From Gammaproteobacteria bacterium (GTDB lineage Bacteria > Pseudomonadota > Gammaproteobacteria > SZUA-152), in assembly GCA_032250735.1 (NCBI GenBank), contig JAVVEP010000008.1, forward strand, positions 1,775-65,774: DNA of 64,000 nucleotides. Reading direction: 5' to 3'. The notes under the pieces are model-generated. The model did no database searches. It was not told the DNA's origin and worked only from the letters and a program-made list of their open reading frames with translations. Below, piece by piece: positions 1 to 8,455 of this stretch; the stretch's first letter is position 1, and every line of letters begins with the position of its first letter. The position numbers and the translations under genes were made by a program.

Positions 1-1398
1 GCCGGCACTGGTGACTCGCACAAATTCCGGCGTAGTGCGCATCTTGTCAATCGTCGCGCAGCCGGTATAACCCATGCTGGAACGAATACCGCCGAGCAGC
101 TGATGGACCACCGGCGCCAGCGGGCCCTTGAAGGGCACGCGGCCTTCAATACCTTCTGGCACCAGCTTGTCGGCCTTGCTGCCTTCCTGGAAATAACGGT
201 CGCTGGAGCCCTCGGCACCGGTCATGGCCCCCAGCGATCCCATCCCACGATAGGATTTGTAGGAACGCCCCTGAAACAGCTCCACCTCACCCGGCGCCTC
301 CTCGGTGCCCGCAAACATGCTGCCGATCATGATGGAATAGGCGCCGGCCACCAGGGCCTTGGCTACATCGCCGGAGTAGCGGATACCACCGTCGGCGATC
401 AGGGGCACGCCGGTGCCGATCAGCGCAGTCGCCACGTTGTCGATCGCGGTGATCTGCGGTACGCCGACGCCGGCCACGATACGGGTGGTGCAGATGGAAC
501 CGGGACCAATGCCCACCTTCACACCGTCGGCGCCGGCCGCCACCAGGGCCCTGGCCGCATCAGCGGTGGCGATATTGCCGCCGATCACCTGCACCTGCGG
601 GAAATTCTTCTTGACCCAGCTGACGCGATCCAGCACGCCCTGCGAATGACCGTGGGCGGTGTCCACCACCACCACGTCCACCCCGGCCTCGACCAGGGCC
701 GCAACGCGCTCTGCGGTGCCGTCGCCGGTACCCACCGCCGCGCCCACCCGCAGCCGGCCCTGGCTGTCCTTGCAGGCATTGGGATATTCCGAGGCCTTCT
801 GGATGTCCTTGACGGTGATCAGGCCGCGCAGCCGAAAATTATCATCGACCACCAGCACCTTCTCTATGCGGTAATTGTGCAGCAGGGCCAGCACTTCGTC
901 GTTAGTGGCCCCCTCTTTTACCGTCACCAGTTTGTCTTTACCGGTCATGATGCTGGAAACGGGGCTGTCGAAGCGGGTCTCGAAGCGCAGATCACGCCCG
1001 GTGACGATACCGACCAGTTCCTCGCCATCCACCACCGGCACGCCGGAGATATTGTGGGCGCGGGTCAGGGCCAGTACGTCACGGATACTGGCATTGGGGT
1101 TCACCGAAATGGGGTCCTTGATCACCCCGCTCTCGTATTTCTTCACCAGCCGCACCTGTTCCGCCTGCTGCTCGCCGGTCATATTTTTGTGAATGATGCC
1201 GATACCGCCCTCCTGCGCCATGCTGATGGCCAGGCGTGCCTCGGTCACAGTGTCCATGGCGGCGGAAATCAGCGGAATATTCAGGGTGATCTCCCGTGTC
1301 AGTTGGGTGACCAGGCTCACTTCCTTGGGCATGACGGTAGAATGGGCGGGAATCAGTAAAACATCATCGAAAGTAAGGGCTTCTTGAGCTATACGCAT
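1..1398 (-). CDS. guaB: IMP dehydrogenase (3' end runs off window start)
   Basis: Minus-strand translation from ATG at 1398 reads [24 protein letters not shown]...[10 protein letters not shown]...CBS region...[15 protein letters not shown], typical IMPDH. The listed + ORF 103..1359 (G/A/H-rich) is its antisense shadow. Confidence 0.9.
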   Translation of the reverse strand, partial: MRIAQEALTFDDVLLIPAHSTVMPKEVSLVTQLTREITLNIPLISAAMDTVTEARLAISMAQEGGIGIIHKNMTGEQQAEQVRLVKKYESGVIKDPISVNPNASIRDVLALTRAHNISGVPVVDGEELVGIVTGRDLRFETRFDSPVSSIMTGKDKLVTVKEGATNDEVLALLHNYRIEKVLVVDDNFRLRGLITVKDIQKASEYPNACKDSQGRLRVGAAVGTGDGTAERVAALVEAGVDVVVVDTAHGHSQGVLDRVSWVKKNFPQVQVIGGNIATADAARALVAAGADGVKVGIGPGSICTTRIVAGVGVPQITAIDNVATALIGTGVPLIADGGIRYSGDVAKALVAGAYSIMIGSMFAGTEEAPGEVELFQGRSYKSYRGMGSLGAMTGAEGSSDRYFQEGSKADKLVPEGIEGRVPFKGPLAPVVHQLLGGIRSSMGYTGCATIDKMRTTPEFVRVTSAG

Positions 1399-1644
1399 GA
1401 GCGGGATTCCAAATAGGGCCAGAAGTGGGTGGGGCGCAGATTATATAAGCTGGATGGGTAGCGGGCAAACTACTCGGCCCGTTAGGCCCGTTTCAGGCTT
1501 GATCTGCGCAGGGGTTGTGTGATTAAGTAGCGCTCGTGTATAAGAATTACCTACAATCTCAAGGTAACAGCTAGTGATAACACGCCGTTTTCCGCTTCAG
1601 GCAACCGTCTGGAAGGAAAGTAAATACGCATCGGAGGAGGAATA

Positions 1645-1968
1645 ATGAACAAATCTTTGATTTTTGGTGCCCTGATCTTCGCCCTCAGTGGTTGCTCAAT
1701 GTTTAGCGGTGGCGACTCTGCAGGTTCCGCTAACGCCGCTGCCGCCAATTCGGCTATCGCCGCTGCTGAGGCCGCGCTGGAAAAGGCCCGTGGCGTTGAG
1801 GGTGAATGGCGTGATGCCGACAAGAAGATGCTCAAGGCCGCCAAGGCTGCTGCCAGCAAGGGTGAGTTTGAAGAGGCGATCAAGCTGGCCGACAAGGCCA
1901 AGTTTGAGGGCGAAATGGGCTACACACAGGCCATGCAACAGAAGGACGCTGGACCCTGGTTGTTCTAA
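1645..1968 (+). CDS. small lipoprotein (Ala/Lys-rich, helical)
   Basis: GGAGGAGG SD 6 nt upstream. N-terminus MNKSLIFGALIFALSGCS is a lipobox signal peptide. Followed by a strong hairpin terminator. Confidence 0.6.
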   Translation: MNKSLIFGALIFALSGCSMFSGGDSAGSANAAAANSAIAAAEAALEKARGVEGEWRDADKKMLKAAKAAASKGEFEEAIKLADKAKFEGEMGYTQAMQQKDAGPWLF

Positions 1969-2048
1969 CGCCGGTTTTTTGGGGACGGCCTTAGCGTAAC
2001 GGTACTATCAGTACCGGCCCCGTTGTCGGCCCGCTCTAAAAGATCACC

Positions 2049-2086
2049 AAAAAGGCAGACTGCCCCGGCAGACTGCCTTTTTTTAT
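2049..2086 (+). terminator. intrinsic terminator (A-run/GC hairpin/T-run)
   Basis: aaaaaggcagactgccccggcagactgccttttttt: near-perfect inverted arms followed by T7 run, directly downstream of lipoprotein gene. Confidence 0.8.
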
Positions 2087-2127
2087 GCCTCACGTTCGCG
2101 ACAGCCTTCAACCACCAAAATCACGCA

Positions 2128-2300
2128 GATCGGGATACACTATGCCCATGCCGCAGACGCCAGCCCCAGAATTGACCCACGCACCCGAGCGCAAGATATA
2201 CAGCGTTTCGATGCTGATTTACCCCGTGCCGGTGCAAGGGGCGGAGGCGCCACCCTCCATCGTCGAGGCCATGCACCGCCATTTTCATCTCAGACAATGA
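2128..2300 (+). pseudogene. xseA remnant (5' end fused to an internal xseA piece; mosaic, non-functional)
   Basis: 2128-2212 is ~90% identical to the xseA start region at 8442-8530 (MPQTPAPE..EREIYSVSML). 2213-2285 matches xseA 8990-9060 (LIYPVPVQGVEAPPAIVEA). The reading frame ends in TGA overlapping the ATG of the next gene (ATGA at 2297-2300). Confidence 0.8.
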
Positions 2301-3139
2301 AAATCGCATACTGCGGCTATGACTTCTTCAGCGAGTGTCTGCAGGCATTATTGTCCAGGGGCGACGATGTCTATCGCGTGTTCACCTTCGAGTGCGATAA
2401 CCGTTTTGATTTCAATCACAACATAACCGAAATCAGCCGGCAATATTCTCTGCCGTTAACGGATCGACCAATCGGCAAAAACGACCTGGAACAATTGCGG
2501 CAGGAAGGTTGCGAGCTGGTGATCACCGCAGGCTACCGCTACAAGGTTCCGGACTTGTCCTCAGTCGGTATCAAAGGCATCAATATCCACCCCACTCTGT
2601 TGCCGGTGGGCAGGGGACCCTGGCCGCTTCCGTGGACGATTTTATCCGGCCAGCAACGCAGTGGCGTGACGATACACAAACTGACTCCGGACTTTGATGC
2701 GGGCGACATCCTGGTGCAGCGCGAGTTTGCGCTGGAAGCCAATGAAAACCTTGAGTCTCTCAGCGCCAAAACCCAACTCCAGGCCAAGGCGATGCTGACC
2801 GATCTCATGGATAATTTTACGGACGCGTGGCAAAGCGCCCGGCCGCAGGGGGAGGAATACAGTGCCTGGCCACGGCCTTCCATCGCCGATCGCACCCTGG
2901 ATTGGAATGCCGGCGTGGCGAAGCTGGATACCCTCTGCCGGGCTTTCGGCAAAATGGGATGTTATGGAAAATTCGATGGCAAAATCTGGATTGTCTACAG
3001 GCTCGTCGCCTGGCCGGCCCATCACGATTACGAGAGCGGCGCGGTCGTGCACCAGACGAACACAGAAATGATCGTGGCGGCCGCTGAAGGCCTTGTCAGC
3101 CTTCAGTATTTTGAACCTGCATCGTTGATAGCAGGCTAG
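2297..3139 (+). CDS. formyltransferase-family protein (Fmt/ArnA-N-like catalytic domain, no Fmt C-terminal domain)
   Basis: 280 aa with HPTLLPVGRGPWPLPWTILSG...GVTIHKLTPDFDAGDIL, the formyl-transferase SLLP/His/Asp catalytic signature. Lower GC than flanks. Confidence 0.75.
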   Translation: MKIAYCGYDFFSECLQALLSRGDDVYRVFTFECDNRFDFNHNITEISRQYSLPLTDRPIGKNDLEQLRQEGCELVITAGYRYKVPDLSSVGIKGINIHPTLLPVGRGPWPLPWTILSGQQRSGVTIHKLTPDFDAGDILVQREFALEANENLESLSAKTQLQAKAMLTDLMDNFTDAWQSARPQGEEYSAWPRPSIADRTLDWNAGVAKLDTLCRAFGKMGCYGKFDGKIWIVYRLVAWPAHHDYESGAVVHQTNTEMIVAAAEGLVSLQYFEPASLIAG

Positions 3140-3153
3140 CGGCCAGTGGTGCA

Positions 3154-4929
3154 ATGACTCATAAATTTGAACGATACCTGGCGTGGCAGAAACGGATCGC
3201 GCGGTTTTTTCTGCCCTATTTAAAGCCGGACCATACCAAGCTGTATCTCCTGAGCGCCTTCAGCCTGCTCATGACCGCCACCAATGCCTTCTTGATCTGG
3301 AAACTCGGCACGGCCGTGTCGCAGATCAGCGGAGGAGAATTCGGCCAGCTGAATAATACCTTGCTGATGATCGCCGCGCTGGCTTTGCTTAACCAGGTGC
3401 TACGTATTGCCTACGCGTATGTCTACCAGCGCCTAAGCCTCGCCTTCGTCGACAGGCTCAGGGGCAAAATGTTCGAGCACATCATGGAGGTTTCGGTTCC
3501 CATTCTGCAGCGCTTCAAGAAGGGCGACTTGATGGCCCGACTGAGCAGCGATGTGGACCGTGCCCTGACCTATGTGATTAATCTGCCACTCAACCTATTT
3601 GAGAACATCACTGTATTTGTTGCCTATGCCGTTGTGCTGCTATGGATCGACTGGAAGTTATCTCTGATTGCGCTGACCATGGCCCCCCTCTTTTTTCTGT
3701 CCCAGTTATATGTGGCGCCAAAAAGCGGCGAAATTTCCCGCCAATTCACCAAGGAACGGGTCGAGCTGGCCAACATCGAGGAGCAGACGCTGAGTAATTT
3801 GCGGGGCATCAGCACCTTCAATAGCGAGCTGTTCATGCGCGATACGCACAAGACCCAGTTTGATAGCGCGCGGAAGTGGGCGTTGAAAACCAGAGAGATT
3901 CAGATTCTCTATAACTCCCTGTTTACCGCGCTACTGTATTTTGCGGGTGTCGTAGTCGTCTACAGCGGCATCGCGGAAATCGAGTCGGGACAATTAGCCA
4001 TTGGTGCGCTGGTCAGCTTTCTGATTTATATCCGCAACATCACCGGGCCCATTCGCACCCTGGCGCGCATACCGATTACGTTGCAATCCGACCGCGTTGC
4101 GGCGGAGCGTCTGATGGAAATCCTGGCAATGGAGCCCGCCGTCGAGGACAGAGAAAGCGGCCGGTCGCTGCGTGTGCCGCACGGTGACATTCTGTTCAAG
4201 GATGTGTCGTTCACCTACCCGAATCAGGACCGGCCGGTATTTTCCCGGCTTTCCGCTCAGATCCGTGCCGGTGAATCCGTTGCCCTGGTCGGGCCGAGCG
4301 GGGCCGGCAAGTCTACCTTTGCCGGTTTGTTGTTACGCTTCCATGATCCACAGCAGGGATCCATCTGCATCGACGGCGTGGACATCAAGTCCGTCAGCCT
4401 GCGATCGCTGCGCAATCAGATCTCCATCGTCTGGCAGGAACCGTTTTTGGTCAACGGCAGCATTCGGCAGAATTTTTACCTGGCAAAACCGGATGCGACG
4501 GAAGCGCAGATGCAGGATGCCTGCAACTCCAGTTATGCCTGGGAATTCGTCGCCGGCCTGGAGCATGGTTTGGACACTGTCATCGGCGCCAACGGCATTG
4601 AGTTATCGGCCGGGCAACGGCAACGTCTGGCCATTGCCCAGGCCTTTCTGCGTGATACGCCGCTATTGATTCTGGATGAGGCCTCATCCGCGCTCGACAG
4701 CCGATCCGAGCAAATGGTTGCGGACGCCTTGCAGGCCCTGCGCAAGCAACGCACCACGGTGATTATCGCCCATCGCTTTTCTTCCATCCGCAGTGTGGAC
4801 AGGATTCTCTATATCGATGGAAAGGGTTGCCTGACAGTGGGCACGCACCAGGAGTTACTTGATCAGCATAGTGAATACAAGGCTGCCGTCGATTGGCAAA
4901 TGGCGGAGCGGCCAGGGGATGTCGGTTAA
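3154..4929 (+). CDS. ABC exporter, fused permease-ATPase (MsbA/ABCB type), no peptidase domain
   Basis: 591 aa. N-terminal 6-TM region, then Walker A GPSGAGKST, signature LSAGQRQRLAIAQAF, Walker B LLILDEASSALD. 15 nt downstream of formyltransferase (same operon). Confidence 0.9.
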   Translation: MTHKFERYLAWQKRIARFFLPYLKPDHTKLYLLSAFSLLMTATNAFLIWKLGTAVSQISGGEFGQLNNTLLMIAALALLNQVLRIAYAYVYQRLSLAFVDRLRGKMFEHIMEVSVPILQRFKKGDLMARLSSDVDRALTYVINLPLNLFENITVFVAYAVVLLWIDWKLSLIALTMAPLFFLSQLYVAPKSGEISRQFTKERVELANIEEQTLSNLRGISTFNSELFMRDTHKTQFDSARKWALKTREIQILYNSLFTALLYFAGVVVVYSGIAEIESGQLAIGALVSFLIYIRNITGPIRTLARIPITLQSDRVAAERLMEILAMEPAVEDRESGRSLRVPHGDILFKDVSFTYPNQDRPVFSRLSAQIRAGESVALVGPSGAGKSTFAGLLLRFHDPQQGSICIDGVDIKSVSLRSLRNQISIVWQEPFLVNGSIRQNFYLAKPDATEAQMQDACNSSYAWEFVAGLEHGLDTVIGANGIELSAGQRQRLAIAQAFLRDTPLLILDEASSALDSRSEQMVADALQALRKQRTTVIIAHRFSSIRSVDRILYIDGKGCLTVGTHQELLDQHSEYKAAVDWQMAERPGDVG

Positions 4930-4972
4930 TCAAGCAAGAGCAGAAAATCCGCTCCGTTGACGAGGCAAATAA

Positions 4973-5000
4973 AAAGGGCATTGCCTTGGCAATGCCCTTT
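4973..5000. terminator. bidirectional hairpin terminator between convergent genes
   Basis: aaagggcattgccttggcaatgcccttttg: 11-bp perfect stem flanked by A-run and T-run. A second hairpin ctcagcgg...ccgctgag lies at 5010-5040. Confidence 0.7.
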
Positions 5001-5076
5001 TGTGGACGCTCAGCGGACTAACTGAAATCTACCGCTGAGTGTGGTGCATCACGCGCTAATGCGTGATGCGGGCCGG

Positions 5077-5289
5077 TTAGGCGCCACCGCCCATACCACC
5101 ACCCATACCGCCGCCCATACCACCAGCGGCTGCGGCTGGTGCCGGGGCTGGTGCTGGAGCTGGTGCCGGAGCTGCTGCAGCGGGTGCCGGAGCGGCGGCC
5201 ATGCCGCCCATACCACCACCCATGCCACCACCCATGCCACCCCCCATACCGCCGCCCATACCACCACCGCCTCCCATTCCTCCACCCAT
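5077..5289 (-). CDS. 70-aa low-complexity protein composed only of Gly, Met, Ala, Pro: (MGGG)7-AAAPAPAAAAPAPAPAPAPAPAAAA-(GGM..MGGG)3-A
   Basis: AAGGAGAG SD 5 nt upstream of the ATG at 5289; TAA at 5077 followed by a hairpin. Third-position variation among GGN and GCN/CCN codons is synonymous in this frame but nonsynonymous in the opposite-strand His/Thr frame. A longer GTG start at 5424 would add a 45-aa non-repetitive N-terminal extension. Confidence 0.5.
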   Translation of the reverse strand: MGGGMGGGGGMGGGMGGGMGGGMGGGMGGMAAAPAPAAAAPAPAPAPAPAPAAAAGGMGGGMGGGMGGGA

Positions 5290-5913
5290 AACGCTCTCCT
5301 TTGCAATATCCGAATATTGATTAAGTATGTGTTTCACGTTCATGACCGAGTATCCGTGGCCTGTGAAACACGGCTCCTGATTGCCGATTTTATTGCTGAT
5401 TGATTGGTCGGCAATCGCGCGCACGAGACCACGCGCTTCCGGAGACTAGGATATTTATGTCCAATGGTCAACATTTGATGGTCAAAATCCACGATAAAGC
5501 GGTCGGCCTAATACCGGTATTTTTTCGATGCTTATAACCCGGCAATAGCCCGGCAATCACTCAGGGGCGATGATGTTGCGAGCGAGACGTGGGTACAACA
5601 GTGTGATTATTAAAGTATTTTAGTCCTGCACCGGCTTTCGTCAGCGCTATCTCGTTGTACCGGCCAGTTGTGCCTACCAATTGTGCCGGCCAAATTCACC
5701 CATTCTCATCTCCGACTGTTATTCTGGCCTGTGTGAAATTACATTATGATTTTTCTAGCTCTGGCCGGACTTTCCGGCTTTGTGCAGAACCGAGGGGGAA
5801 TTTGCTGGCTTGCCGGACCTGCTTCGCATACCATTTTTATGGTTATAGGGGTGCGCACAATGGCGAGTTAGGAAGGCATATCCCATCGAATCCACACGCA
5901 AAGGTCTTCACTC

Positions 5914-6711
5914 ATGTCAATTGGAATAGAAACGGCCGGACGCCCGGCGCCACTCATTCTTCCCACCACCGAACCCGTGGCGGATTTTCATCCCGAGCCC
6001 GACGATTTCTGCTTCTGTAACAGCGGCAAGCGATTCGGTGGTTGTTGCGGATCCACCGACCTGGTGCGCCCGCCGCCTTATGGGCTGTTCATGTTCGAAA
6101 ATTTTCTCGATCCCAAGCAGGCCCGGGAGTTGACCGACTATGCCGAGCAGTGCGAGGGCGAGCGCCTGATGGTGATCGATAATATACAGTCCACCCCCGA
6201 CAACATCGTCAAGGTGGAAGACCCGCGGCGTATTACCGAACGGGTCAAGTTGGGTGCCAGACGCAAGGAAATCCAGGCGATGATGGGGCGGGCTTTTATC
6301 GATCTGGCGCAACGGTGTGTCGGCGCCAAACTGGATTGGTACGAGCTGCCCGATTTGATGCGGTACCGGCAAGGGGGATTTTATGTCCGGCACGCCGACA
6401 GCCAGAACAAGGATGAGGCGACCAACACGTGGCGCAAGGTGATCGATCGTGATCTCAGCATGCTCATCTACTTAAACGATGGCTATGAAGGCGGCGAGCT
6501 GAGCTTTTACAAATTCAATTATCAGATCCGGCCGCGGGCCGGTGCGGCGGTCCTGTTCCCCTCGGACCATCGCTATTTGCACCAGGCCGAAACCCTTAAA
6601 AGCGGTGTCCGCTATGCCCTGGTTAGCTGGGCCTCCGTGCAAGGGGTGCCGAAGATTGCGTCGCAGCCGCCCCAATGCGCCGTGCCTGTGGAATATAAGC
6701 CGGGTCAATAG
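5914..6711 (+). CDS. SEC-C motif / 2OG-Fe(II) oxygenase (PKHD/prolyl-4-hydroxylase-like)
   Basis: N-terminal CFCNSGKRFGGCCGS is a SEC-C zinc motif. C-terminal HADSQ...GGELSF...VLFPSDHRYLHQAETLKSGVRYALVSW matches the HxD...H...R facial triad/2OG-binding pattern of the P4H/PKHD hydroxylase fold. Confidence 0.8.
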   Translation: MSIGIETAGRPAPLILPTTEPVADFHPEPDDFCFCNSGKRFGGCCGSTDLVRPPPYGLFMFENFLDPKQARELTDYAEQCEGERLMVIDNIQSTPDNIVKVEDPRRITERVKLGARRKEIQAMMGRAFIDLAQRCVGAKLDWYELPDLMRYRQGGFYVRHADSQNKDEATNTWRKVIDRDLSMLIYLNDGYEGGELSFYKFNYQIRPRAGAAVLFPSDHRYLHQAETLKSGVRYALVSWASVQGVPKIASQPPQCAVPVEYKPGQ

Positions 6712-7889
6712 CCCAGCAAATCGCCGGGCAGTCCGTCCTCGGGGTAATCTGCTGCCAAAAGTTTTCGCGCCAATTCCTCCGCCGCCGCCAGCTCCGCCTG
6801 ATGTGCGGACAATAGTGCTGTTATTTCTCCGTCCCGTTGTTGCGGGCTGTAGGTGAATTTACTGTTCTTGGAATAGACGCCGAGCAGCGGCGCCATGGCC
6901 TGCTCAAGCGTTGTCCCCTCGATCGGCATCAAACCGAACCAGTCTGCGCATCGTGCAACGGCGGTGTAGGGATTGGCGAGCATGTGATTGAACTCGAGAC
7001 TGCGTACGCGGGCCGGCATGCTGCGGTAGGCCTTGTGGAACAGTGCGATGTTGTACGACCAATACAATGCCGCCAGTTCCCCATAGGCGTCCTCGGCCAC
7101 CGTGAAGTCCGGGCCGAGCCCCAGCAGTTGATTGATGGGCTGGCGCAACGCGGCGTAGCGCTGCGCGATCCACTGCTTGCGGTTATTCGCCTTGAGGCAG
7201 CCGGCGAGAAATTCTTGCAGCGGGGTGTGCATAAACAGCAGAGGGGCGTCCGCATGCCGCTCGATCATGGCCAGCATGAGGGGGTTGGCATAATCGTTGG
7301 CCTTGACCACCGCCATCTGCTGCGCATCAAAACGGCGTGACAACAATGCCATGACGCGCCGGTACCAGGCATCTTTATCCTGGGGGGAATTGGCCGGATT
7401 GCGCAGATATGCCAGCAGGTTGCCCAGCAGTTCCGGCTCGCGGATCGGCAGCGTGTGATACGCCGCGTCGAGGGCCTGGGACATGAGTGTTGAACCGCAA
7501 AAGGCGGTGTGAAAGATGAAGGCGGTTTGTTGACCGGCGATTTTGTCACAGGCCGACCGTAGCCATGCCAGGTCAGTTTGGATAATGCAGCTACCTTTGA
7601 TGCGTCCCGGGTCCATAAACACGCTGTCCCGATACGTCTGCGGCGACATCATGATGAAGTAGCTCTGGTATTCGGCAAAATTTACCCGCGCCGGAAACAG
7701 GGCGGGGCTGGCATCGATGTGCTCCAGCGCCTCCTGCAATTGCGCAGTCAGCGGCTCGTCTGCGACAACACCTTCGGTGGTTATAGCGGCCACGATGTGG
7801 GGCTGCGAGCGCTCGGCCTTGCCGCAACAGGCTCCGTAGACCAGGCCGCTGCCGCACGGGCAAGGCATCTCACTCGATTCGATATCCAT
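6705..7889 (-). CDS. SEC-C motif protein with ~370-aa C-terminal domain of unknown function (possibly P-loop/sulfotransferase-like; unverified)
   Basis: True start MDIESSEMPCPCGSGLVYGACCGK (ATG 7889, SD AAGGGAGA). The ORF-track N-terminal extension to 8144 is read-through. Converges on and overlaps the previous gene by 7 nt. HTAFCGST resembles a PAPS-binding loop, but only weakly. Confidence 0.6.
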   Translation of the reverse strand: MDIESSEMPCPCGSGLVYGACCGKAERSQPHIVAAITTEGVVADEPLTAQLQEALEHIDASPALFPARVNFAEYQSYFIMMSPQTYRDSVFMDPGRIKGSCIIQTDLAWLRSACDKIAGQQTAFIFHTAFCGSTLMSQALDAAYHTLPIREPELLGNLLAYLRNPANSPQDKDAWYRRVMALLSRRFDAQQMAVVKANDYANPLMLAMIERHADAPLLFMHTPLQEFLAGCLKANNRKQWIAQRYAALRQPINQLLGLGPDFTVAEDAYGELAALYWSYNIALFHKAYRSMPARVRSLEFNHMLANPYTAVARCADWFGLMPIEGTTLEQAMAPLLGVYSKNSKFTYSPQQRDGEITALLSAHQAELAAAEELARKLLAADYPEDGLPGDLLGY

Positions 7890-7921
7890 TGTTATTCTCC
7901 CTTCTCTATCCTGGCGAGCCG

Positions 7922-8340
7922 TCAATAGCCCAGGTTCGGCGCCAGCCAATACTCCGCGAACATGCGCGTCATGTCCTTGCGTTGCGCGTAGTCGTCGACC
8001 TGATCCTGGTTGATTTTGCCTACCGTGAAATAGGCGGCCTCGGGGTGCGAAAAATAGAAACCGCTGACGGCGGCGGTGGGCAACGAGGCCATGGCCTCGG
8101 CGAACCAGCTGCCGGTGCTTTCCTTCACCGCCATGAGATCCCACAGCAGGTTCTTTTCGGTGTGCTCGGGGCAGGCAGGATAACCGGGCGCGGGGCGAAT
8201 GCCCTGGTATTTCTCATAGATGAGATCGGTGTTGTCGAAGTACTCGTTCGGCGCGTAGCCCCAGATCTCCCTGCGCGCCTTCCGGTGCAAAAGTTCAGCG
8301 AAGCTCTCGGCGAAACCGCGAGGAAGTATAAACCCCCTGT
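7922..8340 (-). pseudogene. methionine synthase (metH) C-terminal fragment, ~139 codons, 5' truncated
   Basis: Translation ...HRKARREIWGYAPNEYFDNTDLIYEKYQGIRPAPGYPACPEHTEKNLLWDLMAVKE...VSGFYFSHPEAAYFTVGKINQDQVDDYAQRKDMTRMFAEYWLAPNLGY* is the conserved reactivation-domain C-terminus of B12-dependent MetH. Similarity stops abruptly near 8340, where lipoprotein-like sequence begins. Confidence 0.75.
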
Positions 8341-8365
8341 TCGCTCTAAAACCACCCCGGACCAC

Positions 8366-8440
8366 GCTGAAAAGGCCCGTGGCGTTAAGGGTGAATGGCG
8401 TAATGCCGACAAGGCCAAGTTTGAGGGCGAAATAGGCTAC
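8366..8440 (+). pseudogene. remnant of the lipoprotein gene (internal and 3' deletions) abutting xseA
   Basis: EKARGVKGEWRNADKAKFEGEIGYA corresponds to lipoprotein residues at 1778-1935, with the ~100 nt between two gccgacaag repeats deleted. Confidence 0.7.
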
Positions 8441-8455
8441 GCATCGCGATACACT

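Noticed and set aside
103-1359. 418-aa + strand ORF rich in G/A/H/D
   Set aside because: Antisense shadow of guaB. The minus strand gives a clean IMPDH translation. The + frame has no RBS and a homopolymer-like composition typical of GC-rich antisense frames.
5041-5403. + strand His/Thr/Cys/Trp-rich 120-aa ORF overlapping the repeat
   Set aside because: Variation between repeat units is nonsynonymous in this frame but synonymous in the minus frame. There is no SD, whereas the minus frame has AAGGAGAG-N5-ATG and a terminator.
7889-8455. Upstream extension of the long ORF 7889..9829
   Set aside because: Read-through in the xseA frame across the lipoprotein remnant and antisense of the metH fragment. 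The conserved XseA N-terminus starts at 8456.
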